From: Burkholderiaceae bacterium
GTDB lineage: Bacteria > Pseudomonadota > Gammaproteobacteria > Burkholderiales > Burkholderiaceae_E
DNA length: 64,000 nt
Assembly: GCA_049680625.1 (NCBI GenBank)
Contig: JBAUID010000151.1
Coordinates: forward strand, 4,738-68,737
Direction of reading: 5' to 3'
The position numbers were made by a program, and so were the translations under genes. Below are positions 57,756 to 64,000 of the stretch, one piece after another. A model generated the notes under the pieces. That model had not been told where the DNA came from. It searched no databases and saw only the letters and a program-made list of their open reading frames with translations. Each line of letters begins with the position of its first letter. Within the stretch, counting starts at the first letter, position 1.

Positions 57756-59113
57756 TGGAGATGTTTTTATCGGTTTTTGGCGCTGGCTTCTTTGAACGTA
57801 TGGCTGAGGGTGACGAAGTCACGCTTGGCGTGGTTGCTTCAATAATCCTGATTGTTCTTGTCTTGCTTGGCGTTCGCGTGGTGTATGCCACCGCCGCCGT
57901 TGGCCTGGTAGGTCTCGTATCTATGCTGGGCTGGACAGGTGGTGCTGGCAACGCCGGCATGGTCCCATACGCAAAAGGCACCATTTATTCGCTTAGCGTG
58001 CTGCCGATGTTCATCCTGATTGGCTTTCTCGCCTATCACGCGGGCATGACTGAAAAGCTCTTTGATGCTGCCAAGAAGTGGTTCGGCTTTGTGCCGGGCG
58101 GTCTGGCCGTAGCAACCGTCTTTGCTACCGCTGGTTTCGCGGCTGTTTCTGGTGCCAGTACCGCCACAGCGGCGGTGTTTGCGAGAGTCGCCATTCCGGA
58201 GATGCTGAAATACAAATACAGTCCGCGACTCGCAGCAGGTGTCGTTGCTGCCGGCGGCACGCTGGCATCGCTTATTCCGCCAAGCGCCATTTTGGTGATT
58301 TACGCGATTATCGTCGAGGAGTCGATTGGGCGACTATTGGTTGCGGGTTTCATCCCGGGCATCGTATCAGCACTCATTTATGCGTTGCTGATTATTTACA
58401 TGGCATGGCGAAATCCGAAACTGGGGCCGGCGATTAAAGGCTTCACCTGGCCCGAACGTATTAAGTCGGTACCAGGCACTTTCCCGGTGGCCTCGGTGAT
58501 CGTGATCATTTTCTTTTCGATGTACACCGGCTGGGCAACACCAACCGAAGCAGGTGCCCTTGGCTCTTTTGTCGTTTTCATCATGGCGCTTGCCGGTGGT
58601 ATGAAATGGCGCACACTCAGAGAGGCCTTGCTCGAGACGGCCCGCCTGACGGTCATGATTTTCTCGCTGATCTGGGGCGTGCTGATCTTTGTTCGCTTTC
58701 TGGGTTTTGTTGAATTGCCCACCATGTTTGCCGAGTGGGTTACTCACCTGCCCATGTCGCCGACAATGATCATGATCTGTATTTTGCTGTTCTACGTGAT
58801 CCTCGGCATGTTCATGGACGCAATCGGCATGTTGTTGCTGACCCTGCCCGTGGTCTACCCCGCTGTGATTGCGCTTGGCTACGATCCGATCTGGTTCGGC
58901 ATTGTCGTGGTTAAAATGTGCGAGGTCTGCCTGATAACGCCACCGATTGGACTGAATTGCTATGTGGTGTCGGGGGTTCGGCCAGATATTCCATTGCAAG
59001 ACGTGTTCCGTGGCATCGGACCCTTCTTTATCGCCGACGTCATTACCCTGGGGGTTTTCCTGGCTTTCCCGGCAGTTATTACCTGGTTGCCTAATCTGAT
59101 GATGAGCGGCTAG
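57755..59113 (+). CDS. TRAP transporter large permease (DctM family)
   Basis: 452-aa polytopic protein with typical DctM segments (ATAGFAAVSGASTATAAVF..., CLITPPIGLNCYVVSG). Confidence 0.85.
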   Translation: MEMFLSVFGAGFFERMAEGDEVTLGVVASIILIVLVLLGVRVVYATAAVGLVGLVSMLGWTGGAGNAGMVPYAKGTIYSLSVLPMFILIGFLAYHAGMTEKLFDAAKKWFGFVPGGLAVATVFATAGFAAVSGASTATAAVFARVAIPEMLKYKYSPRLAAGVVAAGGTLASLIPPSAILVIYAIIVEESIGRLLVAGFIPGIVSALIYALLIIYMAWRNPKLGPAIKGFTWPERIKSVPGTFPVASVIVIIFFSMYTGWATPTEAGALGSFVVFIMALAGGMKWRTLREALLETARLTVMIFSLIWGVLIFVRFLGFVELPTMFAEWVTHLPMSPTMIMICILLFYVILGMFMDAIGMLLLTLPVVYPAVIALGYDPIWFGIVVVKMCEVCLITPPIGLNCYVVSGVRPDIPLQDVFRGIGPFFIADVITLGVFLAFPAVITWLPNLMMSG

Positions 59114-59147
59114 TCAGTGTTACGGTAATAAATTAGTAGTCAGATTT

Positions 59148-59186
59148 ATCGCCCGGAACGTAAAACCTCCGGGCGATTTCTTTTTA
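59148..59186 (+). terminator. Rho-independent terminator after dctM
   Basis: Perfect 10-bp stem ATCGCCCGGA/TCCGGGCGAT (59148-59157 and 59168-59177), 10-nt loop, then TTCTTTTT. Confidence 0.7.
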
Positions 59187-59253
59187 GGCCGCCTGATCCA
59201 CTTGCCCGCGAATACTGGTTACCGCGCCAACCAACAAGCACAACAAGCAAGCA

Positions 59254-59994
59254 CTATTCTGACCAGTCTATCAGTTCGAATGCCATTGTGCCGCCCACCA
59301 TAAACCGAGATGGTGACAACTCTTCGCGCGTCATTTTTACTAACCCAACCCCCGCGCAATACCATTCCTTTTGATTCAGCGGGATATCCCGCCAGCCAAA
59401 TGCCGCGTCCACCCAAAGACGGACCTTGCTGAGCCCGTCAACAACAATACAGTCGCCGAAGTCACCTGCCAGCGTGCTAACCGCTGCGCCGGTTTGCACG
59501 ATCGTATGTTCCATTGGAATTTTCGGATAACGGTGGCTAACCCTGTGTGGGGTCTGGTTGCGCCAGCGGAGCACATGCGAAGTGGTGATCGTTTCCCAGG
59601 AGTTGCCGACTTCGTAGGGCTGTTTCAAGACGTATTGATGCGGCACATCTTCAAGCCGATTACGCTGTAACGCACTTTTGCTGCTAACCCGGAAGATCCC
59701 GGTATCGTCCGCGCGTACCCAGTAGTCCATACCGGTATCGGTATGGCGGCGCCAGGCGATTTCGCCGTCCAGATTGGCTGAACCGAGCGCATCGATACGC
59801 ATTGGCACCTCGTCTGGCGTGGTGCCTTCAAAATGAGTCGAAACGTTATAGAGCCAGCTTCGACCTTTACTGATCGGAAAGTAGCTATCGTTTTCCGGAG
59901 CCTGATCACACGCCACGAGTGGCAGACTCACCAGTAATCCGATGAAGACGCGACCTAACCGTCTACCCGGGTTTGAATTACGACCAGGACTCAT
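59254..59994 (-). CDS. Hypothetical lipoprotein (fourth gene of the MotA/ExbB-like module)
   Basis: The ATG at 59994 gives MSPGRNSNPGRRLGRVFIGLLVSLPLVAC with lipobox LVAC. The mature part looks beta-rich. I recognise no family. Confidence 0.55.
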   Translation of the reverse strand: MSPGRNSNPGRRLGRVFIGLLVSLPLVACDQAPENDSYFPISKGRSWLYNVSTHFEGTTPDEVPMRIDALGSANLDGEIAWRRHTDTGMDYWVRADDTGIFRVSSKSALQRNRLEDVPHQYVLKQPYEVGNSWETITTSHVLRWRNQTPHRVSHRYPKIPMEHTIVQTGAAVSTLAGDFGDCIVVDGLSKVRLWVDAAFGWRDIPLNQKEWYCAGVGLVKMTREELSPSRFMVGGTMAFELIDWSE

Positions 59995-60022
59995 AGTTCG
60001 CAGGGCTACCAGCGCACGCAAT

Positions 60023-60532
60023 CTATTTCTCCGGTAGCTGTGGGTTGGGTAAATCACGGATCAAAATTTCCTGCTCATCCTTGCCCGGCTGCAACCATGA
60101 ACCGCCTTTACCTTTCCCCCGACGAATTTTTACGGTTTTGGCAGTCCCCATTTGCGAGACACCATCGCGGCCGCGCTTGAGAGCCTGTTCGATCTGGCTG
60201 TGTAGTGGGCGTGTGTACGGTAGGCGATAGGCGCGCGGATCGATTGCCCCGTCCAGGTTATCGTTGATTTCACTGACCCACATATACAAGCCGCCAGGGT
60301 TCTTCGCATTGGGTTCGTCGACAAATGCCGCGATCATTATGAAGCGTTCCGGCAGCTTATCGGTGCTCGGTCTGCCCATGATGTCGTGGATCGCAAAGTA
60401 ACCTAGAAAATAGATTCCGGTAGCACCAACAACCAGCATGGCCTTCATCCAGGCAGGCCATCGCGACCACATCAACGATGCGACCGTCAGGAAGACCAGA
60501 ATGCTAAATCCGATAATGATTGCAAGACTCAT
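60023..60532 (-). CDS. Hypothetical two-TM membrane protein with soluble C-terminal domain (third gene of the module)
   Basis: TM1 at aa 3-21 and TM2 at aa 29-48, then about 120 aa of soluble sequence ending in a K/G/R-rich stretch and PNPQLPEK. The start lies 6 nt after the upstream stop. Confidence 0.55.
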   Translation of the reverse strand: MSLAIIIGFSILVFLTVASLMWSRWPAWMKAMLVVGATGIYFLGYFAIHDIMGRPSTDKLPERFIMIAAFVDEPNAKNPGGLYMWVSEINDNLDGAIDPRAYRLPYTRPLHSQIEQALKRGRDGVSQMGTAKTVKIRRGKGKGGSWLQPGKDEQEILIRDLPNPQLPEK

Positions 60533-60538
60533 GTGATT

Positions 60539-61171
60539 TTATTGCCGGGCCGCCAGCGTTTTTTGCAGAGTATTGATGCCGGAAACCGAGCCGTCCTCCT
60601 GAACTGTGAAGCGGACCATTGTCGCCTCTGTACCGCGCTTGGCAAGGACGCGCAGGCCATAAAAAACAACTTCGGCGCGCGGATTCACCTTAACAACGGT
60701 CAGTGCGGCTTCAACTGGTTTGCCGGCGTTCGGATGCTCGACGCCATCTTTGCTTGATTCGTAGTATTGGGCATTAATAACGTATTCGCCTGCCGAGATA
60801 CCGCGAATCGCCACAACTTCCTGATTCAGCGGGTTTACGATTTTCCGGCCGTCGACCAGCACGGTGTCGTTCGACAAGCCACGATCGTCGCGGTCAAGGT
60901 GCATCAGTCCTGCTTCACGAGCTCGAAACCACACCAGCTCTCCGTTAGGCCCCTGGGCCCAGAGATCCAAATCGTTTGGATCATTATCAGGCCAGCTCAG
61001 GGTAACGATGTATTCAGCCTTGGCCTTAACATCACCCGCCTTGAGGGCCTTGGGGTTGATCGAAATCAGCGCGATGATGAAACAAAATACGAAGGCGATC
61101 AACATGTTGAACAACATGTCGTAGAACGGATCAACTTCCGGGTCAGCCATCCGCCGACGACGCCGACTCAT
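60539..61171 (-). CDS. ExbD/TolR-like membrane-anchored protein with an atypical, enlarged periplasmic beta-sandwich-like domain
   Basis: The N-terminus RRRRRMADPEVDPFYDMLFNMLIAFVFCFIIAL parallels the ExbD/TolR anchor (E. coli ExbD INVTPFIDVMLVLLIIF; TolR in this window VVPYIDVMLVLLVIF), including the Asp. The C-terminal 160 aa are unrelated to ExbD (TLSWPDNDPNDLDLWAQGPNGELVWF). ATGA overlap with the upstream gene. Confidence 0.6.
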   Translation of the reverse strand: MSRRRRRMADPEVDPFYDMLFNMLIAFVFCFIIALISINPKALKAGDVKAKAEYIVTLSWPDNDPNDLDLWAQGPNGELVWFRAREAGLMHLDRDDRGLSNDTVLVDGRKIVNPLNQEVVAIRGISAGEYVINAQYYESSKDGVEHPNAGKPVEAALTVVKVNPRAEVVFYGLRVLAKRGTEATMVRFTVQEDGSVSGINTLQKTLAARQ

Positions 61172-61926
61172 TGCGGATTGTCCTGCACAACAACTGCCAG
61201 CGCCGCATCTGGACTGTCGGACAACGACGTCGCCGATAACTGGGTGCCAAATATCTGCGCACGAGTAGAAATATCATCAGCAAACCGATCCAGCCGAGTC
61301 AATTGCAGCCCCAGCAAAATGTTGCCCACCAGACCAACCATTGTTGTCAACAGTGCTACGCCTAATCCTGCCGTCAGGTCTTTTAGCAGCTCTTGCGACT
61401 CAGTCGGGTCGAAACTCTGTATTTCTCCGATTGACAGGGCCAAAATCGAAAATCCGATCACTTTACCGAGTAGCCCCAGCTTCAGTTGAATGCCGTTCAC
61501 CCACCATGCCGTTGTGTGCGGGCCGTGCGCGCGCTCGTAAAGAATGTCGGCCGGAGCACCAGAGTCGGCCGGTGCGCGAGCCAGACCATGCCAATATTCG
61601 ATGGCCCAGCTGTTCGGATCTGCCTGGCGCCAGTCATCAGCCAATGCCAGATCAATGGCACGCCGCTGACGTGCTAACTCGCGTGACCGCTGGCCACACC
61701 AGAACGTTCCCCCGGTGAAGACGACGATGATGATTAGCGTAATCCCGGTGGGGTCGGCGCGAAAGAGTAATGCCCAGACACCCTCGACACCGAGCAGCCA
61801 TACCGCGAATAAAAGCAAACCGGCAAGCGTTAGCCATTCAAGCCATACTGGTTCAGTCGTTGACCGGCGAAGCGGTGTTGCAGCCAACTTACCAACCTGC
61901 GGATCCGAAGGTATCGCGTTCATCAT
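61168..61926 (-). CDS. MotA/TolQ/ExbB-family proton channel protein (orphan, not part of tol, ton or flagellar loci)
   Basis: C-terminal signature LGLLGKVIGFSIL...LTAGLGVALLTTMVGLVGNILLGLQ (compare TolQ in this window: IGLFGTVWGIMNAF...IAEALVATAIGLFAAIP). Four hydrophobic segments. Confidence 0.7.
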   Translation of the reverse strand: MMNAIPSDPQVGKLAATPLRRSTTEPVWLEWLTLAGLLLFAVWLLGVEGVWALLFRADPTGITLIIIVVFTGGTFWCGQRSRELARQRRAIDLALADDWRQADPNSWAIEYWHGLARAPADSGAPADILYERAHGPHTTAWWVNGIQLKLGLLGKVIGFSILALSIGEIQSFDPTESQELLKDLTAGLGVALLTTMVGLVGNILLGLQLTRLDRFADDISTRAQIFGTQLSATSLSDSPDAALAVVVQDNPQ

Positions 61927-61941
61927 GTTGACGATCGCCCG

Positions 61942-63165
61942 CTACAGTTGGATCGTCTTCAGAAACTCAATCACAAGGTTAATATTTTTCTCCGGCATGA
62001 CACCGCCCCATTTAGGCATCCCGTAATCCGGAAGACCGTTATTAATAGTTGTGCGAGTCACTTCGAGCCAGTCGTCGTAATGCCGTTTTCGAATACGGCG
62101 CAGGTCTCGCGCTCGTATTGCACTCGCACCATCTGTTGCATGACAGTGTGCACAAACATCATTAAAAATAACCCGACCAGCAGCAACTGGGTCCAGCGCT
62201 ACGGTCGGCTTTTCCGAGCTGCTCGCTTGATGGCTGGAGGCCTGTGCAGTTGATGGCGTTTGCGCCGCAGCCGGTGATGAAGTGGCGGCGGAATTTGACT
62301 CAGCCGACTTGTCAACAGGCTTGCCAGCTGGCTTGTTAACAGGTTCTTTATTAGTCGACACGGCGGTCACAGTCAGGTGATCAAGATTCACCGCACCACC
62401 CGACGGCATATGATATTTGAGCTTGAGTGCGGCAATTTGTGGTTTTAGTTCAGCCAGTGCATGGCTGATTTTTGCCTTCAGGTCAGGATGATCTTTGCGC
62501 ACGCCGACGGCCAATTCCCCTTGCAGATCTGTCCCTGACAATGGCACCACCTTGAAGCGGCCACCGTGGCGCGTCTGATTGTCATAGCCGGCGACTGGCC
62601 CCCAAAGAAATGCGACATCGACTTCACTCTTGATCAGCGCATCGAACACTTCATCCGACGTTTTGTAAGTAGTCGTGTCATACCCACCTTCGGTTGCCAG
62701 CAGGACTTGGGGAATCGTGCCGAACTGCATACCGATCCGGTAGCTTTTCAGGTCGGTAAGGGCATTGAATTTGAGATCTTTAGGCCCCACAACGGCATAA
62801 GACAAGGTCACGAAGGCCTCGGTTCTGTCCAGCGTCCGATAGCGATAACTCTTACCAGCAGGCACTGCAAATGTCGCATCGCAATGGCCTTTTAACAAGG
62901 TGTTACGCATAGCGCGCTTTTGGTAGTGAGTCAGCCACCAAATTCGCTCGACTGTCATTCCGAGTTTTTCGCCGACCAAATCAGCCAACTCGGTGTACAT
63001 TCCCGGCACATCGCCGTCTTGTTTGCTAAACGGCAGGTTATCCGGATCCAGACACACACGCAGTGTTTCCGCCTGCACCACGGTCGCCCCGGCAAGAGCC
63101 AGAGCAACCGTGATACAGCCAGTCACGTTTGCGCACAGTCGTGTAGAACTGCGCAACAACTTCAT
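61942..63165 (-). CDS. XoxJ/MoxJ-like periplasmic binding protein fused through an S/A/P-rich linker to a C-terminal c-type cytochrome domain
   Basis: ATG at 63165 after AGGAGG. Signal peptide. Family-3 SBP fold (ETLRVCLDPDNLPFS...). Linker ...SAATSSPAAAQTPSTAQASSHQASSSEKP. Heme motif CAHCH with a downstream Met in GMPKW. Confidence 0.7.
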   Translation of the reverse strand: MKLLRSSTRLCANVTGCITVALALAGATVVQAETLRVCLDPDNLPFSKQDGDVPGMYTELADLVGEKLGMTVERIWWLTHYQKRAMRNTLLKGHCDATFAVPAGKSYRYRTLDRTEAFVTLSYAVVGPKDLKFNALTDLKSYRIGMQFGTIPQVLLATEGGYDTTTYKTSDEVFDALIKSEVDVAFLWGPVAGYDNQTRHGGRFKVVPLSGTDLQGELAVGVRKDHPDLKAKISHALAELKPQIAALKLKYHMPSGGAVNLDHLTVTAVSTNKEPVNKPAGKPVDKSAESNSAATSSPAAAQTPSTAQASSHQASSSEKPTVALDPVAAGRVIFNDVCAHCHATDGASAIRARDLRRIRKRHYDDWLEVTRTTINNGLPDYGMPKWGGVMPEKNINLVIEFLKTIQL

Positions 63166-63184
63166 AGTCAAAGTACCTCCTGGC

Positions 63185-64000
63185 TTACTTGACGGTGAAA
63201 ACGTACATCGTGCCACCCTCCGGACTTGCTGCAGTCATCCTCTCGCCAATGGCACCAAAAAAGGCTGGAATCGACAGAGTGCGTCCCGAAACAACAGCAA
63301 CATACTGGACGCCATCAATCGTGTAAGTCATTGGCGCGGCGGTGATACCCGACCCAGTGTTGAAACTCCACAACTCTTTGCCGGTTTTCGCATCAACCGC
63401 ACGGAACATGCCCGAGATGTCACCATGGAACAGCAGGCCGCCCGCAGTCGTCATTGTTCCTCCGGTATAAGGCAGCGGATCCTTGTTAAACCAGACTTCC
63501 TTACCAGCGATCGGGTCCCATGCCTTAACACCACCTAAGTGGTTACCCGGACCAGCCTTACCCAGGTCGAAGTTCACACCGAGGTAGAAAGCACCGCGTT
63601 TGTATTCCGCTTCAATGCCTTCCATGTCCATACACAGATTCATGGTCGGAATATAAACAAGCCCTGTGTCCTTGTTGAAACTCATTGGCATCCAGTTCTT
63701 AGCGCCAATCAGGTTCGGACAAATGTCTGCCGCTTTACGCTTCATGCCCGGCCGCTTCGCATTACCCGGCGCTTCAATTGGCATACCGGTTTTCATGTCG
63801 ACCCCGGTAGCCCAGTTCACACCATCGATATACTGGGTCGCAGACAACAGTTCCCCGGTAGCGCGGTCAAGTACATAAAAGAATCCGTTTCGGTCAGCCT
63901 TCATGATGACCTTTCTGTCTTTGCCGCCCAACTTCAGATCGGCAAAAACCAGTTCGTTAACACCGTCGTAATCCCAGGCGTCATGCGGGGTCGTTTGATA
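63185..64000 (-). CDS. PQQ-dependent dehydrogenase, methanol/ethanol family, C-terminal about 270 aa (5' end outside the window); carries the lanthanide-type WDYDG motif (XoxF/PedH-like)
   Basis: The open frame continues to the window edge: YQTTPHDAWDYDGVNELVF...KADRNGFFYVLDRATGELL...ICPNLIGAKNW...GGTMTTAGGLLFHGD...W-repeat blades. Confidence 0.85.
   Translation of the reverse strand, partial: YQTTPHDAWDYDGVNELVFADLKLGGKDRKVIMKADRNGFFYVLDRATGELLSATQYIDGVNWATGVDMKTGMPIEAPGNAKRPGMKRKAADICPNLIGAKNWMPMSFNKDTGLVYIPTMNLCMDMEGIEAEYKRGAFYLGVNFDLGKAGPGNHLGGVKAWDPIAGKEVWFNKDPLPYTGGTMTTAGGLLFHGDISGMFRAVDAKTGKELWSFNTGSGITAAPMTYTIDGVQYVAVVSGRTLSIPAFFGAIGERMTAASPEGGTMYVFTVK

Noticed and set aside
60767-61489. 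240-aa plus-strand ORF across the MotA/ExbB-like and ExbD-like genes
   Set aside because: The translation lacks TM segments or motifs and spans the junction of two minus-strand genes that have clear membrane-protein features, family signatures and coupled ATGA overlap. It is judged spurious.

Overview
The window is a gene-dense chromosomal stretch of a Gram-negative proteobacterium. Gene order (dusB-fis-purH-ruvCAB, glyQS-gmhB-plsC, lptD-surA-rsmA, ybgC-tolQRAB-pal-cpoB) looks betaproteobacterial, but that is my inference from synteny, not a search result. I call about 58 protein genes, 2 tRNAs, 2 near-consensus tRNA promoters, 2 hairpin terminators and several short tandem repeats. I see no rRNA, no CRISPR array, and no transposase, integrase or phage genes. 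All protein calls rest on motifs read from the supplied ORF translations; no alignments or HMM searches were run. Most of the window is housekeeping: tRNA modification, LPS and envelope biogenesis, Tol-Pal, recombination, purine synthesis, sulfite reduction and siroheme, and TRAP/TAXI transporters. Two loci stand out. (1) At 59254-61926 (minus strand) four tightly packed genes sit downstream of a PQQ dehydrogenase with the lanthanide-type DYD signature and an XoxJ-like binding protein fused to a cytochrome c. They encode a MotA/ExbB-type proton channel, an ExbD/TolR-like anchor that keeps the PF-x-D aspartate but has a larger, unrelated periplasmic domain, a two-TM protein and a lipoprotein. 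I regard this as an uncharacterised Ton/Tol-like pmf-transducing module and the best candidate for a new system. (2) At 3887-7269 a TPR plus beta-barrel outer-membrane protein with Slam/T11SS-like architecture is paired with a secreted FecR-domain protein carrying a TbpB-like C-terminal barrel. The pair is wedged into the otherwise conserved miaB-phoH-ybeY-corC-lnt block. Smaller oddities are an expanded TolA coiled coil, a decayed FG-GAP gene remnant, phased short direct repeats in three promoter regions, tandem duplications at ybeY/corC and at the cobA stop, and an rsmA ORF with no canonical start downstream of surA.
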